From assembly GCA_017454675.1 (NCBI GenBank), contig JAFTCN010000063.1, positions 16,316-80,315 of the forward strand: a DNA stretch of 64,000 nt, read 5' to 3'. Every line of letters starts with the position of its first letter. Position 1 is the first letter of the stretch. This stretch comes from Clostridia bacterium (GTDB lineage Bacteria > Bacillota > Clostridia > Oscillospirales > CAG-272). Shown here piece by piece: positions 18,750-27,045 of this stretch. Under the pieces are notes generated by a model. It made no database searches. It saw only the letters and a program-made list of their open reading frames with translations, and was not told the origin of the DNA. A program made the translations under genes and the position numbers.

Positions 18750-18768
18750 TGTTAACACTCTGTTAACA
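18750..18768. promoter_or_regulatory. Two copies of the palindrome TGTTAACA (operator-like)
   Basis: TGTTAACA at 18750-18757 and 18761-18768, 11 bp centre to centre, in the AT-rich divergent region between rplJ and the 18861 gene. Confidence 0.4.
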
Positions 18769-18860
18769 TTATTGAGATAAAATAATTAAGTTACAGGACA
18801 GTGAAAAGTGACGGGTAAACCCGGTACCGCGGCCTGTTCACGTCCGGAGGACCTCCGGGC

Positions 18861-20489
18861 GTGATAAGACTGCCTGCACCGGATGTCCGTCCGGCGCTGA
18901 CGGCTCCGGAATACATGCGGAGCGGGGAGGCATCCGAATTGGAAGACATGGACATGGACATAATGAACGGAAGCGCCGGAGGGACCGTCCCTCCGGAAAA
19001 CGAAGATAAAGCGGAAAAGATATCCGAGGATGCCGCCTCGGACCGTAAGCCCGCGGGGAACGGTAATGCGCCCGGGACGGAAATGACCGGAGCGGAGAAC
19101 GCGAAGGCTGTCGCCACTTCGAGGCTCAGGGTGTTCCTCGGGGCCGCCGTCGCGCTGACGGTCATCGCGGCGCTGCTGCGAATACTCGCGCTGGCGTTCG
19201 CGTACGATCCCGAGCCGGGGTATTTCAGAGAGGGGGCGCTTCCAGCCGTCGCGAACGCGCTGACGGTCACAGCAGTGCTGATATGTCTGTCGTCGCTCTT
19301 CCTCTTCCCGAAGAACTCGCCGAAGGGGGCGCTGAGCGACGGCGGTGCGCCGTATTTCGTCTCGGTGTTCGCCGCCTTCGTGATGATAGCCGACTTCGGC
19401 TACCGCGCGATCCGTTTTACCGACGCCGCATACCGCGCCGACTTCGCCTATCTGTTCACGGGCGGGGCCGGATCGTCGAACACGAGGATCCTCCGCATCA
19501 CCGGCGTGATCACGCTGCTGATCATGCTGTCGTCGCTGGCCTCGGCGGTGTCGTTCTTCCTTCGCGCCGACGGAAGAAAAAGGGAAAAAGCCGGCGGGAG
19601 CGGAATGCGAAACGCAAGGATCCTGTTCGGACTCGCTCCCCCCGTACGCGCGCTCTGCGGAATGACGCTGCTCTATTTCGACATGACGTCGGTCATGAAC
19701 GGGGCAAACCGGATGATCTCCGAGCTCGCGCTGATCGCGGCTATGCTCTTCCTGCTGTTCGAGGACAGGTTCGAGATCTCATGCAGCGGTGACAGAGTAA
19801 AACCGAGGCAGTACATCGCGGCCGGGCTGTGCACCGTCGTGCTGTGCGGAGTCGCGGGGATATCGGTAGGAGTCGGATATTTCATGGGGCTGACCGGAGA
19901 CGGGGAGCTCTGCTTCGAGGCGCTCTTCGAGACGGTCTGCGCGGCATACGCCGCGGTAAGGCTCGCCTGTTTATATAAGGAAGTCCCGAATGCCGCCGCC
20001 GCGGAAGCCGCGGCAGAGACCGCGGCAGAAGCCGCGACAGAAGCCGCGACAGAAGCCACGGCAGAGACCGCGGCAGAGACCGCGGAAAAAGCTTCGGCAG
20101 AAACTGCGACAGAAGCCGCGACAGAAGCCGCGACGGAAGCCACGGCAGAAGCCGCGACAGAGACCGCGGAAAAAGCTTCGGCAGAAACTGCGACGGAAGC
20201 CACGACGGAAGCCACGGCAGAAGCCACGGCAGAAGCCGCGACAGAAGCCGCGACGGAAGCCACGGCAGAAGCCGCGGCAGAGACCGCGGCAGAGACCGCG
20301 GAAAAAGCTTCGGCAGAAACTGCGACGGAAGCCGCGACAGAAGCCGCGGAAGAGGCCGCGGCAGAAGTTACATCAGAAGCCAAAGCGAGAGCAGCGGCAG
20401 AAGCCAAATCGGGACCCGCTGCAGCTGCCGCGGCAGCTGAAAACAGTTCACACGAAACTTCCGGACAGAGGCCGGGGCCGGAAGAATGA
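18861..20489 (+). CDS. Polytopic membrane protein with a long acidic Ala/Thr/Glu-repeat C-terminal tail (unknown function)
   Basis: 542 aa. Charged N-terminal region, then about 7 hydrophobic spans, then about 130 aa of A-[A/T]-E-[A/T] tetrapeptide repeats. GGAGG lies 10 nt upstream of GTG 18861; the start is uncertain (ATG 18916 or 18949 are possible). Confidence 0.6.
   Translation: MIRLPAPDVRPALTAPEYMRSGEASELEDMDMDIMNGSAGGTVPPENEDKAEKISEDAASDRKPAGNGNAPGTEMTGAENAKAVATSRLRVFLGAAVALTVIAALLRILALAFAYDPEPGYFREGALPAVANALTVTAVLICLSSLFLFPKNSPKGALSDGGAPYFVSVFAAFVMIADFGYRAIRFTDAAYRADFAYLFTGGAGSSNTRILRITGVITLLIMLSSLASAVSFFLRADGRKREKAGGSGMRNARILFGLAPPVRALCGMTLLYFDMTSVMNGANRMISELALIAAMLFLLFEDRFEISCSGDRVKPRQYIAAGLCTVVLCGVAGISVGVGYFMGLTGDGELCFEALFETVCAAYAAVRLACLYKEVPNAAAAEAAAETAAEAATEAATEATAETAAETAEKASAETATEAATEAATEATAEAATETAEKASAETATEATTEATAEATAEAATEAATEATAEAAAETAAETAEKASAETATEAATEAAEEAAAEVTSEAKARAAAEAKSGPAAAAAAAENSSHETSGQRPGPEE
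19990..20400 (+). repeat. Coding 12-bp-period tandem repeat (GCN-RCN-GAA-RCC) with a higher-order unit
   Basis: GCGGCAGAGACC / GCGACAGAAGCC / GCCACGGCAGAA units. The block GCGGAAAAAGCTTCGGCAGAAACTGCGAC (AEKASAET) recurs three times, at about 20083, 20167 and 20299. All six frames are open across it. Confidence 0.9.
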
Positions 20490-20593
20490 TCCGGATGCCG
20501 GAGCTTGCGGACTGAGAAGAACATGATCCCGTGCGGGATCCGCGGAGGCAAGCTCCCGCGCGGAACCCGCCTGTACAGAACGGAGGATATGCT

Positions 20594-21175
20594 TTGAGAC
20601 CTTCCGAATCAAAAAAAAGGATACTCTGGCTGCACGACAGGATAAGAGGGGGCAGCTATCCCAACTCGCGGCGCGTCGCCGAGCGCTTCGGGATCTCCGA
20701 GAGACAGGCGCAGCGAGACATCAGCCGGCTGCGCAACGATTTCGGAGCACCGCTCGAGTACAGTCCGTCGAGAGGCGGATTCTGCTACAGCAGCGAGTTC
20801 TCGCTTCCCGAGGCGGTGCGCGAGACCGACGCGGAGGAGGGAGTGACCGCGATAGCGGCGTCCGAGTCCGATGTCGCCGACGCCGCCCAGATGATGATCC
20901 CGTACACCGCCGAGATACGCGTGCCGTCGAAGCTGTCGGCCCTCGAGCTCGGAAGGTACATCGTGGGAAGACGCCGCGCAAAACCTTCTGAAAAGGCCGA
21001 AGGAGACGGCGGGAAGCCGTCGGGGCAGATCTGCCTTTGCGAATTCCGGAATCCGGACCTGTTTCTCGGCATGCTGCTGTCTGCGGGAGGCGCGATCCGG
21101 GTGATCTCGCCCGACTGGCTGCGTGAAAAGCTGGTCTCGGGGCTGAAAGAGCTGCTCGAAGCTAACGAAGACTGA
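20594..21175 (+). CDS. HTH transcriptional regulator, YafY/WYL-family-like but lacking an evident WYL core
   Basis: N-terminal ILWLHDRIRGGSYPNSRRVAERFGISERQAQRDISRLRNDFGAPLEY (HTH-11/DeoR-like). The C-terminus resembles the family's C-terminal extension (...LFLGMLLSAGGAIRVISPDWLREKL). TTG 20594 lies 6 nt after GGAGGA; the track start at 20531 is less likely. Confidence 0.65.
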   Translation: MRPSESKKRILWLHDRIRGGSYPNSRRVAERFGISERQAQRDISRLRNDFGAPLEYSPSRGGFCYSSEFSLPEAVRETDAEEGVTAIAASESDVADAAQMMIPYTAEIRVPSKLSALELGRYIVGRRRAKPSEKAEGDGGKPSGQICLCEFRNPDLFLGMLLSAGGAIRVISPDWLREKLVSGLKELLEANED

Positions 21176-21239
21176 TTTTTTAGTGGAAAATGCACAATAC
21201 ATGATGCATTTTTCCGCAAAAGTTCTAAAATACACACAA

Positions 21240-21268
21240 TTGCAATCGACCGTCAATTGTGATATAAT
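21240..21268 (+). promoter_or_regulatory. Near-consensus sigma-A promoter upstream of the S10 operon
   Basis: TTGCAA (21240-21245), 17 nt, TATAAT (21263-21268), with a TG-type extended -10 (TGTGATATAAT). Confidence 0.8.
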
Positions 21269-21274
21269 AGTCGA

Positions 21275-21672
21275 GCTTGATGTGCGAAATGCGTTGATGC
21301 GGAAGGTTGCCGCCCGAACAGCGGGGAATTTCCGCGGAGAAGTCGGGCAGACCGTACGGAAAAAGCGATTTTTCCGTCGGGAACGAGTCCGGCGAAAAGG
21401 CACGGGAGCCTCTTTCCGTGCGCGGTCCGTTCAGGCCGCGCTCCGGAAGCCCGGAAACGGGCTCATCAGAATCCGAAATTCGGCACTGAGTCTGCCGTCT
21501 GCAGAGAAAAACGGCAGTTATCGGTGCGGATTTCGGCTTTTGTATGGGTCATGTCCGGTACGCCCGGAAAGGTGGTAAAGAGGAACCGGCGCCACGGCGA
21601 CGTGATGAGCGCAGGTAGGCTTCATTTAATTTACACGCGCGCATAACGCCGCGAAAGGAAAGGAAACAAACA
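21275..21672 (+). promoter_or_regulatory. About 400-nt structured 5' leader or candidate ncRNA preceding rpsJ
   Basis: Non-coding GC-rich stretch with perfect hairpins at 21352-21380 (GCGA loop), 21400-21421, 21420-21441, 21449-21462 (GAAA loop) and 21492-21517. A long-range helix pairs 21473-21481 with 21528-21536. Confidence 0.5.
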
Positions 21673-21984
21673 ATGGCAGTCAAGGGAAAACTCAGGATCC
21701 GTCTGAGAAGCTATGACCACAAACTCGTCGATGCCGCCGCGAAGAAGATCATCGAAGTCGCGAAGCGCAACGGCTGCGAGGTCTCGGGACCGGTACCGCT
21801 CCCGACCGAAAAGGAGATCGTCACCATACTCCGCGCCGTCCACAAGTACAAGGACAGCCGCGAGCAGTTCGAGATCCGCTATCACAAGCGCCTGATCGAT
21901 GTCAAGAACCCCACCAAGAAGCTCACCGATGAACTTATGAACATCGAACTTCCGGCCGGTGTCGACATCCAGGTAGTGCTTTAA
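21673..21984 (+). CDS. rpsJ: 30S ribosomal protein S10
   Basis: 103 aa; [15 protein letters not shown]... and ...HKRLIDV... match conserved S10. First gene of the canonical S10 operon order. Confidence 0.97.
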   Translation: MAVKGKLRIRLRSYDHKLVDAAAKKIIEVAKRNGCEVSGPVPLPTEKEIVTILRAVHKYKDSREQFEIRYHKRLIDVKNPTKKLTDELMNIELPAGVDIQVVL

Positions 21985-22101
21985 TCAATCAGTCAATCAT
22001 TGCAAGGCCCGAAAGGGCGCTTGCCGGTCAAGTTGGCGCAATCCGGCGCGAGCCGGAAAATCCAAAACGTCAACCAATAACCTGCAGGAGGAAAACAGAA
22101 T

Positions 22102-22743
22102 ATGAAAAAGGGTATTATCGGTAAGAAAATCGGCATGACCCAGATCTTCGACGAGATCGGAAACGCGGTGCCGGTAACGGTGATCCAGGCCGGACCCTGC
22201 TCTGTCGCACAGAGAAAGACGGCCGAAAAGGACGGCTACGAAGCTGTTCAGCTGGGCTTTATCGACGCCAAGGAAAAGCAGACGACGAAACCCGAAGCCG
22301 GACACTTCAAAAAGAACGGACTTGCCGTCAAGAAACATCTCAAGGAATTCCGCCTTGACGACTGCTCCGGCTACAGCGTGGGCGACGTCGTTTCGGTCGA
22401 TACCTTCGCCGCCGGCGAAAAGGTCGACGTAACGGGACTGACCAAGGGCCACGGCTACACCGGTGTCATCAAGAGATGGAACCACCACAGACTGAGAATG
22501 ACGCACGGCGTCGGCCCCGTACACCGCGAAGTCGGTTCAATGGGCGCTAACTCCGACCCGTCGCGCGTTTTCAAGAACAAAAAGATGGCCGGACAGTACG
22601 GCCATGAGCAGGTCACCATTCTTAACCTCAGCGTGGTTAAGATCGATACCGCGAACAACCTTATCGCGGTACGCGGTGCGATCCCCGGACCGAAGGGCGG
22701 CATAGTGTTCATCCGCGATTCGATCAAGGGAACGAACGCCTGA
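22102..22743 (+). CDS. rplC: 50S ribosomal protein L3
   Basis: MKKGIIGKKIGMTQIFDE...GHGYTGVIKRWN... with a GGAGGA RBS. Operon order. Confidence 0.97.
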   Translation: MKKGIIGKKIGMTQIFDEIGNAVPVTVIQAGPCSVAQRKTAEKDGYEAVQLGFIDAKEKQTTKPEAGHFKKNGLAVKKHLKEFRLDDCSGYSVGDVVSVDTFAAGEKVDVTGLTKGHGYTGVIKRWNHHRLRMTHGVGPVHREVGSMGANSDPSRVFKNKKMAGQYGHEQVTILNLSVVKIDTANNLIAVRGAIPGPKGGIVFIRDSIKGTNA

Positions 22744-22765
22744 GCCGAAGAGGAGGTAAGACAGA

Positions 22766-23422
22766 ATGCCGAACGTAAAAGTTTATGATATGACCGGAAA
22801 GGAAGTCGGCGAGATCTCACTTTCCGAAAAGATCTTCGGTGCCGAAGTCAACGCTTCGCTGCTTCACTCGGCCGTCAGAGCGTATCTGCTCAACCAGAGA
22901 CAGGGTACCCAGTCCACCAAGACCAGATCCGAGGTCAGCGGCGGCGGCAAGAAGCCCTGGAGACAGAAGGGGACCGGGCGCGCGCGTCAGGGCTCCACGA
23001 GATCGCCTCAGTGGACACACGGCGGCGTGGCTCTCGGCCCGAAGCCCAGACTCTACCGCACCGATCTCAACAAGAAGGCAAAGAGAACGGCTCTCTTCAG
23101 CGCTCTCTCCGACAAGGTCGCCGGCGGGAACATGATCGTTCTCGACAGCTGCACGCTCGAAGAGTACAAGACCGCCGAGATGGTGAAGATGTTCGACGCT
23201 CTCGGATGCAGGGACGGCGAGGGCAAGGTCCTGAAGTCGCTTCTGGTACTTCCCGAGGCCGACAGGTTCATCGTCGGAAGCGTCCGCAACATCCCGACAG
23301 CCGACACGACTCTCTACAGCACCCTCAACGTGTACGAGGTCATGAAGGCCGACAAGTTCGTCATCACGAAGGACGCGCTCGAGAAGCTGACCGCCGTTTA
23401 TGACGGGGAGGTTCAGGAATAA
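22766..23422 (+). CDS. rplD: 50S ribosomal protein L4
   Basis: SGGGKKPWRQKGTGRARQGS motif. Operon order. Confidence 0.97.
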   Translation: MPNVKVYDMTGKEVGEISLSEKIFGAEVNASLLHSAVRAYLLNQRQGTQSTKTRSEVSGGGKKPWRQKGTGRARQGSTRSPQWTHGGVALGPKPRLYRTDLNKKAKRTALFSALSDKVAGGNMIVLDSCTLEEYKTAEMVKMFDALGCRDGEGKVLKSLLVLPEADRFIVGSVRNIPTADTTLYSTLNVYEVMKADKFVITKDALEKLTAVYDGEVQE

Positions 23423-23718
23423 TGGAAAAAATGATTCAGGATATCATCATCAGCCCCATCATCACCGAGTCCAGCATGGATATGATGCAGAACAAGAAGT
23501 ACGTCTTCAAGGTGATGAGATCGGCGACGAAACCCGAGATCGCCGAGGCGGTCGAAAAGATGTTCGACGTCAAGGTCAAATCGGTCAACACGCTCAACGT
23601 CAAGGGCAAGCAGAGAAGAGTCCGCTATCAGCAGGGCTACACCGCTGCCTGGAAGAAAGCATTTGTCACACTGACCGAAGACAGCAAGACCATCGCGTTC
23701 TTCGACGGTCTCAACTGA
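23422..23718 (+). CDS. rplW: 50S ribosomal protein L23
   Basis: 98 aa; ...KYVFKV...ATKPEI..AVEKMFDVKV.SVNT.... Operon order. Confidence 0.96.
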   Translation: MEKMIQDIIISPIITESSMDMMQNKKYVFKVMRSATKPEIAEAVEKMFDVKVKSVNTLNVKGKQRRVRYQQGYTAAWKKAFVTLTEDSKTIAFFDGLN

Positions 23719-23742
23719 CAGCCGAGCAGGAGGATAGTGTAA

Positions 23743-24573
23743 ATGCCTACTATTAAGTACAAACCTACGACGCCGTCAAGACGCAACATGAGCGTCCCTT
23801 CCTTCGAGGAGATCACCAAGAGCACCCCGGAGAAGAGCCTGGTCGTCATTAAGAAGAAGCACGCCGGCCGCAACTCCGCCGGCAGGATCACCGTCCGTCA
23901 CAGAGGCGGCGGCAACAAGACCAAATACCGCATCATCGACTTCCGCAGACTCGGGACCGAGCCCGCGACAGTCGCCGGGATCGAATACGACCCCAACAGA
24001 TCGGCATACATCGCGCTGCTCGAGAACGAGTCGGGAAAGAAGAGCTACATCATCGCTCCCGTCGGCCTCTCGACCGGCGACAAGGTGTACACCGGCCCCG
24101 ACGCCGACATCAAGGCGGGCAACACGCTCCCGCTCGCGAACATCCCCGTCGGTACCTACGTCCACAGCATCGAGCTTTACCCCGGCAAGGGCGGCCAGCT
24201 GGTCAGATCCGCCGGAGCCGCCGCTCAGCTCCTCTCGAAGGAGAACGGCAAGGCTCTCGTGAGACTTCCCTCGGGCGAAGTCAGAACGATCCCGATGAAC
24301 TGCAACGCGACGATCGGACAGGTCGGCAACATCGAGCACGACACAGTCAAGGTCGGCAAGGCCGGCAAGACCAGACACAAGGGAATCAGACCTACCGTCC
24401 GCGGTTCGGTCATGAACCCCGTCGACCACCCTCACGGCGGCGGCGAAGGCAAATCTCCCGTCGGACATCCCGGCCCGCTGACCCCGTGGGGCAAGCCCGC
24501 TCTCGGATATAAGACGAGAAAGCACAAGGCGAGAACAGAGAAGTTCATCGTCAAGCACAGAAACGCTAAATAA
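23743..24573 (+). CDS. rplB: 50S ribosomal protein L2
   Basis: [16 protein letters not shown] and [14 protein letters not shown] motifs. Confidence 0.98.
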   Translation: MPTIKYKPTTPSRRNMSVPSFEEITKSTPEKSLVVIKKKHAGRNSAGRITVRHRGGGNKTKYRIIDFRRLGTEPATVAGIEYDPNRSAYIALLENESGKKSYIIAPVGLSTGDKVYTGPDADIKAGNTLPLANIPVGTYVHSIELYPGKGGQLVRSAGAAAQLLSKENGKALVRLPSGEVRTIPMNCNATIGQVGNIEHDTVKVGKAGKTRHKGIRPTVRGSVMNPVDHPHGGGEGKSPVGHPGPLTPWGKPALGYKTRKHKARTEKFIVKHRNAK

Positions 24574-24588
24574 GGAGGGAATACAGTA

Positions 24589-24870
24589 ATGAGCAGAAGT
24601 CTTAAAAAGGGCCCGTTCGTCGAGCAGAAGCTCTACGACCGCATAAGCGCCATGAACGACAGAAACGAGAAGAAGGTCATCAAGACCTGGTCCCGCGCAT
24701 CTACGATATTCCCCGAATTCGTCGGTCACACCATCGCGGTGCACGACGGAAGAAAACATGTTCCGGTGTATGTGACCGAGGACATGGTCGGACACAGACT
24801 CGGCGAGTTCGCTCCGACCCGCACGTTCAAAGGCCACTCGGGTTCGAAGACCTCGAACACCGGCAAATGA
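24589..24870 (+). CDS. rpsS: 30S ribosomal protein S19
   Basis: [11 protein letters not shown]...[16 protein letters not shown]...[15 protein letters not shown]. Confidence 0.98.
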   Translation: MSRSLKKGPFVEQKLYDRISAMNDRNEKKVIKTWSRASTIFPEFVGHTIAVHDGRKHVPVYVTEDMVGHRLGEFAPTRTFKGHSGSKTSNTGK

Positions 24871-24891
24871 TAGGGAGGAACAGGGAAAATT

Positions 24892-25248
24892 ATGGAAGCA
24901 AAAGCTTATCTTAAATACCTGAGGATCTCTCCCCGCAAGGTAAAGATAGTCCTCGACCTGATCCGCGGCAAAGACACGGACGAGGCGATGGCCATCCTTA
25001 AGAACACGCCCAAGGCCGCGTCTCCCGAAGTCGCGAAGCTCCTCAAGAGCGCGATCGCCAATGCCGAACACAACTTCAGCATGGACGCCTCGGCTCTCTA
25101 TGTTTCCGAGTGCTTCGCCTGCCCCGGCCCGACGCTCAAGAGATTCCAGCCCCGCGCCAAGGGCTCGGGCGACAGGATCCTCAAGAGAACATCTCACGTA
25201 ACTCTCGCGGTCGCCGAGAAGAAAGCTGACAAGGAGGTCAATGCATAA
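24892..25248 (+). CDS. rplV: 50S ribosomal protein L22
   Basis: [24 protein letters not shown]... typical of L22. Operon order. Confidence 0.96.
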   Translation: MEAKAYLKYLRISPRKVKIVLDLIRGKDTDEAMAILKNTPKAASPEVAKLLKSAIANAEHNFSMDASALYVSECFACPGPTLKRFQPRAKGSGDRILKRTSHVTLAVAEKKADKEVNA

Positions 25249-26138
25249 TGGGACAGAAAGTCAATCCTCATGGCCTTCGTGTAGGCGTTATCAAGGACTG
25301 GGATTCCAGATGGTGCGTCAAGGACGAACTCTTCGCCGACGTGCTCGTCTCCGACTACAATATCCGCAAGCTGCTCAAGTCCGAGCTCCAGAAGGCCGGC
25401 GTGCCCAAGATCGAGATCGAACGCGACCAGTTCCGCGTGAGAGTTTCGATCCACTGCGCCAAGCCGGGCGTGGCCATCGGCCGCAACGGTGAGAACATCG
25501 ACAAGATCAAGAAGGAAGTCGAAGAGATCGTCGGCAAGGACGCCAACGGCAAGCAGATCCCCGTCTCGGTCAATATCGTCGAAGTCAGAAACCCCGAGCT
25601 CAACGCTCAGCTCGTCGCCGAGAACATCGCCGGACAGCTTGAAGGCCGCGTAGCCTTCAGACGCGCGATGAAGATGGCGATCAGAAATACCATGCGCCTC
25701 GGCGCCCGCGGTATCAAGATCTCCTGCGGCGGACGTCTCGGCGGTGCCGAGATAGCCCGTTCCGAGCATTACCACGAGGGCACCATTCCGCTTCAGACCC
25801 TTCGCGCCGACATCGACTACGGCTTCTGGGAGGCCAACACGACGTACGGCAAGATCGGTATCAAGGTCTGGATCTACAACGGAGAAGTCCTCAACGCCAA
25901 CGCTCCTCGCGACAGACGCAGGAACGACCGCAGAGGCGACAGGAAACCCGGCGACAGACGCCAGGGCGACAGACGCCAGGGCGACAGACGTCAGGGCGAC
26001 CGCAGGCCCGGAAGGCCCGACGGACGCGGACCGCGCGACGGCTCCAGCCGCAACGACAGGAGAAACCTCGCGCCCCGTGCGCCCCGTCCGGCAGCAGCGA
26101 CGGGAACAGCCGCTCCGAAAGAAGGAGGGAACAAGTAA
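25248..26138 (+). CDS. rpsC: 30S ribosomal protein S3 with an Arg/Asp/Gly-rich C-terminal extension
   Basis: [15 protein letters not shown] domain and [12 protein letters not shown] motifs. About 75 extra C-terminal residues include (GDRRQ) repeats. Confidence 0.96.
   Translation: MGQKVNPHGLRVGVIKDWDSRWCVKDELFADVLVSDYNIRKLLKSELQKAGVPKIEIERDQFRVRVSIHCAKPGVAIGRNGENIDKIKKEVEEIVGKDANGKQIPVSVNIVEVRNPELNAQLVAENIAGQLEGRVAFRRAMKMAIRNTMRLGARGIKISCGGRLGGAEIARSEHYHEGTIPLQTLRADIDYGFWEANTTYGKIGIKVWIYNGEVLNANAPRDRRRNDRRGDRKPGDRRQGDRRQGDRRQGDRRPGRPDGRGPRDGSSRNDRRNLAPRAPRPAAATGTAAPKEGGNK
25935..26009 (+). repeat. Five tandem 15-bp units (GGCGACAGACGCCAG consensus) inside the rpsC 3' extension
   Basis: Units at 25935, 25950, 25965, 25980 and 25995 encode [25 protein letters not shown]. 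Confidence 0.9.
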
Positions 26139-26569
26139 TGTTAATGCCTAAGAGAGTCAAATTCCGCCGCGTGCAGCGCGGAAGACTCAAGGGAAAAGCT
26201 TCCAGAGGCAATACCGTGACCTACGGACAGTTCGGCCTTGCGGCTCTCGAGCCCGCATGGATCACCTCCGCACAGATCGAGGCGGCCCGTATTGCAATGA
26301 CAAGATACATCAAGCGCGGCGGCCGCGTCTGGGTGACGATATTCCCCGACAAGCCGATCACAGAAAAGCCCGCCGAGACCCGAATGGGTTCCGGTAAGGG
26401 TGCCGTCGAATACTGGGTGGCCGTCGTAAAACCCGGCCGCGTGATGTTCGAGATGGACGGCGTTACGGAAGAGGACGCGAAAGAGGCTATGCGTCTCGCG
26501 TCGCACAAGCTTCCGATCAAGTGCCGCTTCGTCACTAAGTCGGCCGAGACCGAGGAGGTGTCCGAATGA
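26138..26569 (+). CDS. rplP: 50S ribosomal protein L16
   Basis: [16 protein letters not shown]...; the start overlaps the rpsC stop. Confidence 0.98.
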   Translation: MLMPKRVKFRRVQRGRLKGKASRGNTVTYGQFGLAALEPAWITSAQIEAARIAMTRYIKRGGRVWVTIFPDKPITEKPAETRMGSGKGAVEYWVAVVKPGRVMFEMDGVTEEDAKEAMRLASHKLPIKCRFVTKSAETEEVSE

Positions 26570-26754
26570 AGATCACAGAGATAAGAGCCATGAACGATGA
26601 CGCTCTGAACGCGAAGCTGAAGGAACTCAAGGACGAGCTCTTCAACCTCCGCTTCCAGATGGCCATCAATCAGCTTGAAAACACCAACCGGATTGCCGAA
26701 GTAAAGCATGATATCGCCCGTGTTATGACGGTCATGAATGAGAAGAAGGCTTAA
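26566..26754 (+). CDS. rpmC: 50S ribosomal protein L29
   Basis: 62 aa; ...[14 protein letters not shown].... Confidence 0.95.
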   Translation: MKITEIRAMNDDALNAKLKELKDELFNLRFQMAINQLENTNRIAEVKHDIARVMTVMNEKKA

Positions 26755-26768
26755 GGAGGCAGACGGAT

Positions 26769-27026
26769 ATGGAAGAAAGAAACCTCAGAAAGACCAGAGT
26801 CGGCTATGTCGTATCCGACAAAATGGACAAAACTGTCACCGTAGCCATCGAGGACAACGTCAAGCACCCGATCTACGGCAAAATAGTCAAGAGAACACTC
26901 AAGGTCCACGCACACGACGAAAACAACGAGTGCGGGATCGGAGACAAGGTCAGCATCATGGAGACCAGACCGCTTTCCAAGACCAAGAGATGGCGTGTCG
27001 TTTCCATAGTCGAAAAGGCCAAGTGA
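26769..27026 (+). CDS. rpsQ: 30S ribosomal protein S17
   Basis: 85 aa; [17 protein letters not shown]....HPIYGK.... Confidence 0.96.
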   Translation: MEERNLRKTRVGYVVSDKMDKTVTVAIEDNVKHPIYGKIVKRTLKVHAHDENNECGIGDKVSIMETRPLSKTKRWRVVSIVEKAK

Positions 27027-27045
27027 CCTGCAGGGAGGATTTGGA

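Noticed and set aside
19673-20551. Alternative-frame ORFs across the repeat tract (PRQKPRQ-rich 19990-20526 on the plus strand; AASVAASVA-rich 19673-20551 on the minus strand)
   Set aside because: They are open only because the 12-bp repeat lacks stops in every frame. The frame continuous with the upstream multi-TM protein is the coherent one.
21183-21578. 131-aa basic ORF, and an RNase P / T-box / riboswitch identity, for the rpsJ upstream region
   Set aside because: The ORF has no RBS and is an Arg-rich GC artefact. GGAGAAGTCGGGC and GAAAGGTGGTAAAGAG superficially recall RNase P CR-I and J11/12, and GGTGGTA recalls the T-box. However, the P4 pairing partners, the downstream half of RNase P, a specifier/terminator arrangement and the other class-specific cores are not present. 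It is kept only as an unclassified structured leader.
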